Below are positions 30,968-41,035 of a stretch of 64,000 nucleotides of DNA, piece after piece. The notes beneath the pieces were generated by a model that saw only the letters and a program-made list of their open reading frames with translations, searched no databases and was not told the DNA's origin. Both the position numbers and the translations under genes were made by a program. Numbering within the stretch: the first letter of the stretch is position 1; each line of letters begins with the position of its first letter. This stretch comes from an uncultured Alphaproteobacteria bacterium (GTDB lineage Bacteria; Pseudomonadota; Alphaproteobacteria; Sphingomonadales; Sphingomonadaceae). The stretch is from NCBI GenBank assembly GCA_963797945.1, contig CAWCRA010000006.1, positions 525,219 through 589,218 of the forward strand. Reading direction: 5' to 3'.

Positions 30968-33900
30968 CAGTCAGCCTCCCCCTTATTGTCGCTGACGCCC
31001 GGACTGCCCCGGTCGGCGAGCAGAGGCCGCTGCGAATCCCCGATCAAGGCGAAGCCGGACCAGTAGAAAGGGTGCGATGTTTCCGCGTCGTCCATCAATA
31101 ATGCCTGTGATTGCTTGAGAGCCATGCCGATCGGAGCATTCTGCCCGCGGCGGAACATCTCGCTCATCAGCCGTTCGGTTGCCCGGAAATCGTCGGGCGC
31201 AGGCCAATGGCTCGCCAGCACTGCTCGCCCGCCAGCGCCGATGAAGGAGCGCACCAACCCGTCCAGCGCTGTGCCCCCGCCGCTAGTAAGACCTGCTGCG
31301 CGCGTCGCCTCGACCGAGGCCGAGCCCGCGGTATCGCAGGCCGACAAAATGACCACGTCAGCGTCGAGATTGAGATCGAAAACCTCTTCGAATGTCAGAA
31401 GGCCATCCGACTGGTCAGCGCCGAAGCTGGTGAGCAGCGCAGGCTTGGTAGGACATTCGGGGCGCGGAGGCGTCACCAGGCCGTGGGTGGCGAAATGCAG
31501 AATGCGGAATTCGTCGAGGTCTTCGCGCTGCTTGATCGCGGTGTCGGTGAAGTCTGCGCCGGTCAGGATTTGCGAACGCCCCTCGCCCACCACTTCGCGG
31601 GCGACGACAAGCTCGTCCTCGTCGATCGGATTGTTCCATTCGGCGGCGCTCCAACCGCAAGTGTCGTTGCCGGTAGCCGCAACGATGCGCGGCGTTGCCG
31701 GTTTGCTGTCACCGACCGGCTCGTTGCGCCCAAGACCCAGGTATTCGCGCACCGCATTCGAAGCGCGCGCGCGCCGAGCGTCGATAAACGCCTGCGCCGA
31801 AGTGGCAGTCGAGATCATGCGGTCGCGGCCGAGCCAGGCTGTGCCAGTGAAATCATAGGCGTCGGCATCGGCTTGCAGGAGCCGGGCATCATACCGCGAC
31901 ACCGAAGCATCATCGCGCACCAGCAAGTCCAGCGGAAGACGCAGAAGGGCGCCGTCGGGTTCGAATATCAAATGGCTGACGCCAGCCATCTCGCCGTCGA
32001 CCGGCGCAAACAGGCCAGTATAGAGCGAACGCGCCATCTCCATATCGAATGGATAAGTGACGATCTGCCCGCCTTCCTGCTGCGAGATCGAAGCGCGTAT
32101 GACGTCCACAGAAACGTCGAGATCCTGTTGCACAAGGCCGGTGTCCCATGCCCGTGCATCCTTTGCATCGGCGTAGAACATCAACACCTTGTCGCCGACC
32201 ACGACCGAGCGCGCATAGGCCTCCCCCGGCAGGAGCAGACTTTGGAAATCTGCAAGTGTCACCGCCCCCTGCGCCACGGCACGGTATTTAGGAAAATCGG
32301 CCAGCTGAGCCAGCGTGCGCGACTGCGCGCTTTCCAGCTCGGCAATTTGCACCGCAATTGCCTCGATCCGCGCGGGGTCGGCTTCTGCAGCACGGGTCAG
32401 GGCGCGCCGCCGGACGCGTAGCCGTTCGATTTCGCGCGTGAGATCGGTCGACTGGCGGAACAGCCGCGCGGCTTCATCGGACCCGCCCGAAAGTTCGCGC
32501 GCCAAGACCGCCTGCGTGTCGGCGACACCGGGGCGCACCAGCAACTGCGCCGCTTCGAAGAAATCTTGCGGGGCTCGCGGGTCGCTGCCTTGCCGAGCAA
32601 TCAGATCGGCGAAGTAGGGTTGCAGCTGATTGGCAAAGCCGGTCACTGCGCTGCCCGCGGCAATCGCCCGAGTCACGAGACCGCGATAAAGCGCGCGCCC
32701 CTCGTCCCCGCGATTATTGCGCAGCAGGAACGCCGCGAGGCGAGCCTGCGCGCTCGATACCGCACGACGCTCAGGGTATTGTGCTTCGAGAACTTCGACG
32801 CCGCTGCGGAAATAGGTATCGGCATCACCAATGCGACCGGCGCGTTCGGCGATGGCTCCGAGTTCGCCGAGAATTTGCGCGCGCATGCGGGCAATTGTGG
32901 TCACCCGGCCATCGCGCACCTGGACGGCGTCGGCATAACTGCGCAGCAACGCCTCGCTCGCCGCTTCATCCTGCCCGAGCAGGCGCAGCGAAGTCCCGCG
33001 CAATTGCAGGGCCTGAGCATCGATGATGGTAGCGCGTTCCTGCGGCGTCAGTGTTGCGTCGCTGCTGATCCCGGCAACCCCGCTGCGCCGGTCGGCATTG
33101 AGGCGCGCGGCAATCGGGATGGTGATGGAGAGACGACCCTCCTCATTCGTCACGCCCCGGAAATTGGCAGCGAGCGGCTGGTCGAGCCGCGCGATCGCCT
33201 CGTCCGGACGAGCGCGATTAAGCAGGTGAATGGCTTCGAAATTGCGCTGCAGGCGCTCGTCGATAGGATCGCCGCTGGTGCGCCCACGCGCCATCGCAAA
33301 AAGCCGGTCTGCCTCTGCAAACTCACCCAGATTGCTTTTCTGCAATGCCCGATTGACCAGAAATTCAACCGGATCGATCCGGTCGTCGCCGTCGCGCTCC
33401 AACCGGCCCTGTAGCGTTTCGAAATACGCCGCTGCTTCGGCATAGTCACCGCCAAGATTGCGGCGATAGCCTTCGGTAAGGGCTTGCGCGGGTTGTAGCG
33501 TTTCGGCTTGGACGCGGCTGAAGGCAACCGGGTCGGAGACCGATGTCGTCGCGGCTTCGATCGTTCCTTCGATAATGCGGTTTTCCATGACCGAACGCAG
33601 CGCCAGCACAGCAGCGCTGTCATACGCTGCGAAACCCTCGGACACATATGTGATGTCCCCGCTGCGCGTCACAATCGTCGTCCAGTCGAGCGAAGTTCCC
33701 CTCAGTTTGCAGACGGTAATCTTCGCATCGGGAAGGCCCGCATCCGTGCCGCCGCTCTGGGAGGAACAATCCACTTCATCGCGCCGAAACGGAGCGACCA
33801 GAGACGCGGGGTCGTCAACATTCCCGCGAAAGGCGAACAGGTTCACGACTGGCTGCGCCGAATCGCGGCATACCACCGCCCAAGCGCGGTCGAAGCTGTT

Positions 33901-34074
33901 TTGTGCTGCAGGGTTGCCGATGCTGCGGTCCTGGACCTGGCAAAGGACGCCGTCACCCGATCCGATGGGAAACGAGTCGCGCAGCAACACCGGCCGGCTT
34001 TGCGCAGCCGCGGGCTGCGGGATCGTCAGTGCTGCCGATACCAGCAGAGCAGCTTTGATAAACCTACGTGGCAA
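30967..34074 (-). CDS. Exported TPR + CHAT (caspase-like) domain protein
   Basis: GGAAGGGG RBS and TTG start; signal peptide ending PAAA-Q; TPR-like helices; EPDGALLRLP, catalytic HFATHG and LSACDT, ASHWP, HPFYWSGF. Confidence 0.92.
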   Translation of the reverse strand: MPRRFIKAALLVSAALTIPQPAAAQSRPVLLRDSFPIGSGDGVLCQVQDRSIGNPAAQNSFDRAWAVVCRDSAQPVVNLFAFRGNVDDPASLVAPFRRDEVDCSSQSGGTDAGLPDAKITVCKLRGTSLDWTTIVTRSGDITYVSEGFAAYDSAAVLALRSVMENRIIEGTIEAATTSVSDPVAFSRVQAETLQPAQALTEGYRRNLGGDYAEAAAYFETLQGRLERDGDDRIDPVEFLVNRALQKSNLGEFAEADRLFAMARGRTSGDPIDERLQRNFEAIHLLNRARPDEAIARLDQPLAANFRGVTNEEGRLSITIPIAARLNADRRSGVAGISSDATLTPQERATIIDAQALQLRGTSLRLLGQDEAASEALLRSYADAVQVRDGRVTTIARMRAQILGELGAIAERAGRIGDADTYFRSGVEVLEAQYPERRAVSSAQARLAAFLLRNNRGDEGRALYRGLVTRAIAAGSAVTGFANQLQPYFADLIARQGSDPRAPQDFFEAAQLLVRPGVADTQAVLARELSGGSDEAARLFRQSTDLTREIERLRVRRRALTRAAEADPARIEAIAVQIAELESAQSRTLAQLADFPKYRAVAQGAVTLADFQSLLLPGEAYARSVVVGDKVLMFYADAKDARAWDTGLVQQDLDVSVDVIRASISQQEGGQIVTYPFDMEMARSLYTGLFAPVDGEMAGVSHLIFEPDGALLRLPLDLLVRDDASVSRYDARLLQADADAYDFTGTAWLGRDRMISTATSAQAFIDARRARASNAVREYLGLGRNEPVGDSKPATPRIVAATGNDTCGWSAAEWNNPIDEDELVVAREVVGEGRSQILTGADFTDTAIKQREDLDEFRILHFATHGLVTPPRPECPTKPALLTSFGADQSDGLLTFEEVFDLNLDADVVILSACDTAGSASVEATRAAGLTSGGGTALDGLVRSFIGAGGRAVLASHWPAPDDFRATERLMSEMFRRGQNAPIGMALKQSQALLMDDAETSHPFYWSGFALIGDSQRPLLADRGSPGVSDNKGEAD

Positions 34075-34201
34075 GACCGTACCCCTTCCGGCCGTGATGC
34101 GTGCGCATCCCGGCCCCCATATCCCAGTACGACCATTATTTTTTTAGTTTGAACGGGTTGTGTAGCGATTTCCCTGCCCGAAGGAAAGCGCGGTTACCTT
34201 C

Positions 34202-34873
34202 TTAGAAACCGTCCCATCGGATTGCTTCGCCCAGCGAAGCGCGAGCGACATCGAAGACATTAACCGGCGCTTCCGGATCGCGGTAGCCGACCGCCAGTCC
34301 GCAAAACAGGATGTGATCATCCGGGATATCGACGACTTCGCGGATTTGCGGGGCATAGGCAGCCCACGCTTCCTGCGGGCAGCTGTCCAGCCCTTCCTCG
34401 CGCAGAAGCAGCATAGTCGTTTGGAGCCACATGCCGATATCGGACCATTGCGGCGGGCCCATATATTTCGGCGTGTGAACCAGCATGAGCAGCGGGGCGC
34501 CAAAGGCGCGGAAGTTCTGCGAAAACCACATCAGCCGCCCGGTCTTGTCGTCGCGTTCTATCCCTAGCGCCGCATACATATCTTCGCCGACGCCGAAGCG
34601 GCGCTGCTCATATTCGCCGTCCAGGCCCTTAGGATAGATATCGTATTCCGGTGCCAGCGCCGCCCGCCCTTTGGGAAATTCCTGCGCCACCCGGTCGAAC
34701 AGTTTCTGGAGCGGGTCGCCGGTCAGCACGATCCCGTGCCATGGCTGGACATTGCCGCCCGAGGGCGCGCGCTGGGATTTCTCCAGCACTCTTTCAAAAA
34801 TCTCGCGCTCGACCGGCTGGTCGAGAAATGCACGAACGGAACGGCGAGTGGCGATGGCTTGGGATACTTGCAT
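34202..34873 (-). CDS. Nitroreductase family protein
   Basis: RRSVRAF, APSGGNVQPW, GLDSCPQ. Confidence 0.92.
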   Translation of the reverse strand: MQVSQAIATRRSVRAFLDQPVEREIFERVLEKSQRAPSGGNVQPWHGIVLTGDPLQKLFDRVAQEFPKGRAALAPEYDIYPKGLDGEYEQRRFGVGEDMYAALGIERDDKTGRLMWFSQNFRAFGAPLLMLVHTPKYMGPPQWSDIGMWLQTTMLLLREEGLDSCPQEAWAAYAPQIREVVDIPDDHILFCGLAVGYRDPEAPVNVFDVARASLGEAIRWDGF

Positions 34874-34962
34874 GGCGACCAGCGCTAGGCGAGCCGCCCA
34901 CCATCGACAAGCTTGCTTGTGTATTGGCATTGCAATACAGTGCGCGGGATTGGAGATGCCAT

Positions 34963-35496
34963 ATGTTCGATGAGCTTGGGTGGTTGCTGCAAATCCATGT
35001 CGCCGCAGCATTGATTGCGATCATAACTGGCGCGGTGGTCTTCATGCTTCCCAAAGGCGGCCAGAGGCATCGCCGCTGGGCAAAGGTCTACGTGGCTGCG
35101 ATGCTGACCACGACCGGAGTGGTTGTCTTCGTGCCAGCCACCGTGCTGGAGTTCGGTAATAGCGGCTGGGGCTTTTTTCACCTCTTCATCGTCGTCGGCG
35201 GATTGAGCTCGCTCGTCGGCGCTTTCGCACTTTGGCAATGGAGCCGCACGCGCGATCCGGAATGGCTGCGCAACCATCAAGTCCGGTTCGCATTTTCTTA
35301 CGCCGGATTGCTAATGGCCGGGTTCAGCCAGCTGATGACCAATCCGCGCTTCGGTGTCATCGAAACACTCACTGTTTCCCAATTCTGGGTAGTGTTCGCA
35401 GCATCAAACGGCGTCATATTTGCTGCCGCCGCATTTCTGGTCGCCCGCTACATCATGCGCGGCGATCCGCGTCGCCGCTATGCGTTGAGGCCCTAG
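34963..35496 (+). CDS. DUF2306-like membrane protein
   Basis: GGAG RBS; [18 protein letters not shown] and terminal H motifs; about five TM helices. Confidence 0.75.
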   Translation: MFDELGWLLQIHVAAALIAIITGAVVFMLPKGGQRHRRWAKVYVAAMLTTTGVVVFVPATVLEFGNSGWGFFHLFIVVGGLSSLVGAFALWQWSRTRDPEWLRNHQVRFAFSYAGLLMAGFSQLMTNPRFGVIETLTVSQFWVVFAASNGVIFAAAAFLVARYIMRGDPRRRYALRP

Positions 35497-37316
35497 TTCT
35501 CGTCCTCGAACAGCGCAGCTAACTGCTCGATAATCGTACCGCCCAGCTGTTCAACGTCCATGATCGTTACCGACCGCTTATAATAGCGGGTGACATCATG
35601 CCCGATGCCGATCGCGGCGAGCTGAACGGGAGACTGTTTCTCGATCCAGTCGATTACGCGGCGCAGATGGCTTTCAAGATATCCCGCCGGATTGACGCTC
35701 AGCGTGCTGTCGTCGACCGGCGCGCCGTCGGAGATGACCATGAGTATCCGCCGATCCTCTGCGCGCGCCAACAGCCGGTTGTGCGCCCAAAGCAACGCCT
35801 CGCCGTCGATGTTTTCCTTCAGCAGGCCTTCGCGCATCATCAGGCCGAGATTGCGGCGCGCGCGGCGCCAGGGCTCGTCGGCTTTCTTATAGAGTATATG
35901 GCGCAGATCGTTGAGGCGGCCCGGCTCGGCGGGGCGGCCATCGGCGAGCCATTTCTCGCGGCTCTGACCGCCCTTCCAGGCGCGCGTCGTAAAGCCGAGG
36001 ATCTCGGTCTTTACGCCGCAGCGCTCTAGCGTGCGGGCCAGAATGTCCGCGCTGATCGCGGCAATGGAGATCGGGCGCCCGCGCATCGAACCTGAATTGT
36101 CGATCAGCAGCGTGACCACCGTATCCTTGAAATCGGTATCCCGCTCCATCTTGTAGCTGAGCGAGGAACCGGGGCTGACCACCACACGGGCCAGCCGCGC
36201 TGCGTCGAGCACGCCTTCTTCCTGGTCGAAGTCCCAGCTACGGTTCTGCTGCGCCATCAAACGGCGCTGCAGGCGATTTGCGAGCCGGGTGACGACACCC
36301 TGAAGACCGGCGAGCTGGCTGTCGAGATAGGTGCGAAGCCGCTCCAGCTCGGCGACGTCGCACAGCTCTTCCGCCTCGATCACTTCGTCGAAGCTATCGG
36401 TGAAGGCTTTGTAGTCGAAATTTTCCGGCTCTTCGGTCCATGGGCGATTCGGACGGACAGGCTGCATGCCCTCTTCGCCGTCGTCGGACGGATCGCCGTC
36501 GGACATGTCCTGCTCGCCGTCCATCTCGTCCGACGTTTCCCCGTCGGCCTCGCCCTCTGCCATTTCGCCGGCGGCCTCGCTCGGCTGAGGATCGGCGTCG
36601 CCTTCGTCCTGCTCGTCGCCGTCGTCGTCCTCGGGGCTTTCGCCCTCATCGTCATCGCCGTCGTCGCCCTCGGGATCGGCACTGTCGGGCGGCAAGGTCA
36701 GGTCGAGATTGCGCAGCATGTCCAGCGTAAGCTGCTGGAACGCGCTTTGGTCATCGAGCTTCTCGGCCAGCGCAGCCATGTCGCCGCCGGATTTCTCGGT
36801 GATCCATTCGCGGACCATGTCGACACCCTTGGCCGCGCGCTGTGGCACAGGCTCCCCGCTGAGCGCCTCGCGCAGCATGAGCGAAAGTGCAGTGGGCAGC
36901 GGAACATCATCCGGTTCGTCGGCCCGAGTGATTGGATCGCCTGCAATGCGTTGCTCCACGGCTGCATCCAGATTGGCCTTTATGCCCATGAAGCGGGTCG
37001 TCCCGAGCGCCTCGTAGCGCACCTGTTCGATCGCATCGTAGCAAGCGCGTGCGATCGGCTCTGCCGGAGCGCCGCGCGCATGCACGGCTTCATTGTGATG
37101 GCGCAGGCGCAGTGCGAAACTGTCGGCAAAGCCGCGCGCCTCACGCGCCTGTGCTTCGGGCAGATCGCGGCCGGGCAGCGGCACGCGCATATTGGTACCG
37201 GACTGGCTGGCTGCATCCGCGCTCCACGCGACCTCGATCTCCGGCTCGCGCGAAATCGCGCGCGCCGTGCCGGTCAGTGCCTGCTTGAACAGGTCGAGGG
37301 GTGTCTGGTCGCTCAC
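35493..37316 (-). CDS. cobT: Cobaltochelatase subunit CobT
   Basis: Acidic linker; WDFDQEEG, v[41 protein letters not shown]. Confidence 0.93.
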   Translation of the reverse strand: MSDQTPLDLFKQALTGTARAISREPEIEVAWSADAASQSGTNMRVPLPGRDLPEAQAREARGFADSFALRLRHHNEAVHARGAPAEPIARACYDAIEQVRYEALGTTRFMGIKANLDAAVEQRIAGDPITRADEPDDVPLPTALSLMLREALSGEPVPQRAAKGVDMVREWITEKSGGDMAALAEKLDDQSAFQQLTLDMLRNLDLTLPPDSADPEGDDGDDDEGESPEDDDGDEQDEGDADPQPSEAAGEMAEGEADGETSDEMDGEQDMSDGDPSDDGEEGMQPVRPNRPWTEEPENFDYKAFTDSFDEVIEAEELCDVAELERLRTYLDSQLAGLQGVVTRLANRLQRRLMAQQNRSWDFDQEEGVLDAARLARVVVSPGSSLSYKMERDTDFKDTVVTLLIDNSGSMRGRPISIAAISADILARTLERCGVKTEILGFTTRAWKGGQSREKWLADGRPAEPGRLNDLRHILYKKADEPWRRARRNLGLMMREGLLKENIDGEALLWAHNRLLARAEDRRILMVISDGAPVDDSTLSVNPAGYLESHLRRVIDWIEKQSPVQLAAIGIGHDVTRYYKRSVTIMDVEQLGGTIIEQLAALFEDEN

Positions 37317-37976
37317 TTATCCGGTCGGAATGCTTTGCCCGGTGGCCTGCCAATCCTTGAGGAAACCCTCGATACCCTTGTCGGTGAGGACATGGTTGAA
37401 CAGCGACTTGATGACCTTGGGCGGCGCTGTCATCACATCCGCGCCTATCTTCGCGCTTTCCAATACGTGGGTGACGTGCCGGACGGATGCGACAAGGATT
37501 TCGGTCTCGAACAGATAGTTATCGTAAATCAGACGGATATCGCTGATTAGCTCCATCCCGTCGACGCCGTTATCGTCGTGCCGCCCGACGAAAGGTGACA
37601 CGAATGTCGCGCCCGCTTTAGCGGCCAGCAAGGCCTGATTGGCCGAGAAGCACAGGGTCACATTGACCATCGTGCCTTCACCGGTCAGCGCCTTGCATGT
37701 CTTAAGCCCGTCGATCGTCAGCGGCACCTTGATGCAGACATTGTCCGCGATTTTGCGCAGCGTCTCCGCCTCCTTCAGCATCGTCTCGTGATCGAGTGCG
37801 ACAACTTCCGCACTGACCGGGCCGTCGGTCAGCGCGCAGATTTCCTTGGTCACTTCCATGAAATCCCGGCCCGACTTCGCGATCAGCGAAGGATTGGTGG
37901 TGACTCCATCCAGCAAACCGGTCGCGGCCAGTTCCTTGATGTCGTCGATTTCGGCAGTGTCGGCGAAAAATTTCAT
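37317..37976 (-). CDS. fsa: Transaldolase / fructose-6-phosphate aldolase (FSA/TalC type)
   Basis: [33 protein letters not shown]. Confidence 0.93.
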   Translation of the reverse strand: MKFFADTAEIDDIKELAATGLLDGVTTNPSLIAKSGRDFMEVTKEICALTDGPVSAEVVALDHETMLKEAETLRKIADNVCIKVPLTIDGLKTCKALTGEGTMVNVTLCFSANQALLAAKAGATFVSPFVGRHDDNGVDGMELISDIRLIYDNYLFETEILVASVRHVTHVLESAKIGADVMTAPPKVIKSLFNHVLTDKGIEGFLKDWQATGQSIPTG

Positions 37977-38038
37977 GCTTTGGGCGCTCCCGGGAAACGT
38001 GATTCCCGGGAGGCTTTAGCGCGGGGCATGAGCTCCGG

Positions 38039-38737
38039 CTAGAGCGCCGCGCCTACTCCGAAGGCACCAATGATCAGCGGATCGCGTGTTGCCTCGGGAT
38101 TGGCGCGTATCGCCGCTTCCTCGGAGCCGATCTCGCTCCAGATCGTGTCGTCGATGCGCGTGGCGACGCCGTTCGCGACCTGCGGGATATCCACACCGGT
38201 GAGCGCGGCAAGCGCCTGTCCCACCAGCGGGTCCTTCGCAATCCGCATGGCCTGCCCCAGTTCGGGGACCATAGCTTCGATCAGGCTCGACCCAAGCTCT
38301 CCGCGAAGAAAGCCGGTCGCAGCCGTCGGACCGCCGCGCACCAGTTCGACCGCATTGCGAATGCCGACAACCCGCACGGCATCGGCAACCAGCGGCGCGG
38401 CGCGTTCCGCGCCTTCATAGGCAATGTCGCCGAACGCTCTTTCGAGGCGGTTCTTGAACAACGTCGATGTCAGGATATTGCCCAGCACATTTCCCCGTGT
38501 GCCAAGTAAATTGCCCAGACCCAGCTGGGCCACTTGATTGTTCCAGAAGCCATCGTCGGCAAGCATCCGGCCGAACGCGCGCTCGCTCGAGAGGAACAGT
38601 ATCCGCTGGACCGCATCGACAAGGCTGAAGCCGCCCAGCCCGCCTGCGCATCCGCCTAGTGCGAACAGGCTTCCGCCCGCCAGAGTTGTCCCGAGAAAAG
38701 CTCTGCGGCCGGTCGGTTGTTCGAGCATTGTTGCCAT
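38039..38737 (-). CDS. DUF4197-like protein, Tat lipoprotein
   Basis: GRRAFL twin-Arg and LGGC lipobox; AERAAP, GGPTAAT, EEAAIRANP. Confidence 0.8.
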   Translation of the reverse strand: MATMLEQPTGRRAFLGTTLAGGSLFALGGCAGGLGGFSLVDAVQRILFLSSERAFGRMLADDGFWNNQVAQLGLGNLLGTRGNVLGNILTSTLFKNRLERAFGDIAYEGAERAAPLVADAVRVVGIRNAVELVRGGPTAATGFLRGELGSSLIEAMVPELGQAMRIAKDPLVGQALAALTGVDIPQVANGVATRIDDTIWSEIGSEEAAIRANPEATRDPLIIGAFGVGAAL

Positions 38738-38763
38738 TATTCGCGACTCCTTGTGAACACGCT

Positions 38764-38793
38764 CTTGTTCTCGCCCACGCTCGCCGCCCATAT
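38764..38793 (+). promoter_or_regulatory. Putative RpoH (sigma32)-type promoter of priA
   Basis: CTTGTT-N17-CCCATAT, 12 nt upstream of the ATG. Confidence 0.35.
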
Positions 38794-38805
38794 GTGAGGA
38801 CGACA

Positions 38806-40971
38806 ATGACCCGTGTGCGCTGCCTCATCCTCAATGCCGCTCTCGGCCCCCTCGATTACCGCATCCCGGAAGGTGCGGTGGTCGAGCCCGGATCGGTCGT
38901 GATCGCGCCATTGGGGCCGCGGACGGTAACCGGCATTGTGTGGGAAGCAGAACGGCTACCCGGCAACGACGTTCCAGCCGAGAAGCTGCGACCTTTCCGC
39001 GAAGTGCTTCCGGTGCCGCCGCTTTCCGCCCCTTTGCGGCGCCTCATCGAATGGACGGCAGACTATTATGTTGCGCCGTTGGCGGCGGTTGCGCGCATGG
39101 CGCTGTCGTCGGGTGGAGCGCTCAAGGGACCGGCCACCATGACCGAATACCGCCTGTCGGGCGGGATGCCGGAGCGAATGACACCGCAGCGGCAGGCGGC
39201 GATGGAAGCGCTCGAGCAGGAGCAGGCTACCATTCGCGAACTGGCGGGCATTGCAGGCGTGTCTGAAGGCGTGTTGCGCGGATTGGTGAACCAGGGCGCG
39301 CTTGAATCGGTCGAGGTGGATATCGACCGCCCCTACCCGGCGGCCCAAGCTGATTTCGCAACGCCGGACTTGTCGCCCGACCAGCAGGAAGCGGCGGATC
39401 TGTTCACGAATGCTGTCACCGACAGAAAATTCGCGCCGTTCCTGCTCGACGGTGTCACGGGTTCCGGCAAGACCGAGGTATATTTCGAGCCTGTGGCCGA
39501 AGCAATCAGGCATGGACGGCAGGTTCTGGTCCTTCTGCCGGAAATCGCGCTGACAGAGGCTTTTCTGAGCCGCTTCGAAAGCCGCTTTGGCGCTTCGCCC
39601 GTTTTATGGCACTCCTCGATCAAATCGACCGAGCGGCGGCGTGCATGGCGGTCAATTGCAGCCGGTGAAGCGCAGGTCGTCGTCGGGGCCCGTTCGGCGC
39701 TGTTTCTGCCTTTCGCCAACCTCGGTCTTATCGTCGTGGACGAAGCGCATGAAGTAAGTTTCAAGCAGGATGACGGGGTGCGCTATAACGCACGCGATGT
39801 AGCTGTAATGCGCGCCCGTTTCGAAGGCGCTCCCGTCATTCTCGCCAGTGCTACGCCTGCGCTCGAAAGCCTCGCCATGGCGGAAAACGGCACCTACCAT
39901 CGGGTAGAACTACCGAGCAGATTCGGCGGCGCGCAAATGCCGCATATCGACACGCTGGACTTGACGGAAGAAAAGCCGGGTAGCGGTCACTGGCTGGCAC
40001 CGCGCCTTGTTGAAGCGCTGGAAGACCGGCTGGCCAAGGGCGAGCAATCGCTGCTTTTTCTCAACCGCCGAGGCTACGCGCCGCTGACGCTGTGCCGCAA
40101 TTGCGGGTTCCGGTTCCAATGCCCCAATTGCAGCGCATGGCTGGTCGAACATCGCTTTTCCCAGCGGCTTGCGTGCCATCATTGCGGTCACGAGACCCCT
40201 CCTCCTGCGACATGTCCCGAATGCGGCGAACCCGACTGCCTCGTCGCCTGCGGCCCGGGGGTCGAGCGCATCGCCGACGAGGTTGCCGAACGGCTGCCCG
40301 ACGCGCGGGTATTCGTGGCCACGTCGGACACGCTGAATTCGCCGGGACGCGCAGCAGAGTTCGTGGCGATGGTGGAGGCCGGCGCTGTTGACGTAATCGT
40401 CGGCACCCAGCTTGTAACCAAAGGCTTTCACTTCCCCGAGCTTACGCTTGTCGGCGTGGTAGATGCAGATCTTGGCCTGGAGGGCGGCGATCTGAGAGCA
40501 GCCGAACGCACTTATCAGCAGGTCGCGCAAGTTGCCGGGCGAGCAGGACGCGGCAGCAAACCCGGTGAAGTCCTCCTGCAAACGCGCCACCCTGATGCCC
40601 CAGTGATTGCCGCACTGGCAGAAGGCGACCGCGATGCCTTCTACGAGGCTGAAACAGAGGCCCGGCGGATGGCAGGCGCGCCGCCCTTCGGCCGCTGGGC
40701 AGCGATCATCGTATCCAGCGAGGAGGAATCCGACGCAAAGGACGCGGCCAACCGGATCGGCCGGGCGCGCCCAAATCTGGACGAACTGGCTATTTACGGC
40801 CCGGCCCCGGCCCCGCTTTCTCTGCTGCGAAACCGGTACCGGTACCGCCTGCTGATAAACGCCAGACGCAGTGCCAATCTACAAGACATAATCCGCAGCT
40901 GGTTGGGCAACCTCGACCACCCCGCAGGCGTTCGGGTGAACGTAGATATCGATCCCTACAGTTTCGTTTAA
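38806..40971 (+). CDS. priA: Primosomal protein N'
   Basis: GVTGSGKTEVY, LLPEIALT, DEAH, SATP, LNRRGY, four CxxC pairs, QVAGRAGR, IDPYSF. Confidence 0.97.
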   Translation: MTRVRCLILNAALGPLDYRIPEGAVVEPGSVVIAPLGPRTVTGIVWEAERLPGNDVPAEKLRPFREVLPVPPLSAPLRRLIEWTADYYVAPLAAVARMALSSGGALKGPATMTEYRLSGGMPERMTPQRQAAMEALEQEQATIRELAGIAGVSEGVLRGLVNQGALESVEVDIDRPYPAAQADFATPDLSPDQQEAADLFTNAVTDRKFAPFLLDGVTGSGKTEVYFEPVAEAIRHGRQVLVLLPEIALTEAFLSRFESRFGASPVLWHSSIKSTERRRAWRSIAAGEAQVVVGARSALFLPFANLGLIVVDEAHEVSFKQDDGVRYNARDVAVMRARFEGAPVILASATPALESLAMAENGTYHRVELPSRFGGAQMPHIDTLDLTEEKPGSGHWLAPRLVEALEDRLAKGEQSLLFLNRRGYAPLTLCRNCGFRFQCPNCSAWLVEHRFSQRLACHHCGHETPPPATCPECGEPDCLVACGPGVERIADEVAERLPDARVFVATSDTLNSPGRAAEFVAMVEAGAVDVIVGTQLVTKGFHFPELTLVGVVDADLGLEGGDLRAAERTYQQVAQVAGRAGRGSKPGEVLLQTRHPDAPVIAALAEGDRDAFYEAETEARRMAGAPPFGRWAAIIVSSEEESDAKDAANRIGRARPNLDELAIYGPAPAPLSLLRNRYRYRLLINARRSANLQDIIRSWLGNLDHPAGVRVNVDIDPYSFV

Positions 40972-41035
40972 TCAAGGGGTTGCATCTTGAACAGCGTTTG
41001 TCAGAATACCGGCAGACGTAAGGGGGTCCGCTACA

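Noticed and set aside
37987-38012. Hairpin CTCCCGGGAA-N6-TTCCCGGGAG over the fsa RBS
   Set aside because: Real 10-bp stem, but short, GC-rich and built on self-palindromic CCCGGG; no support for a riboswitch or thermometer
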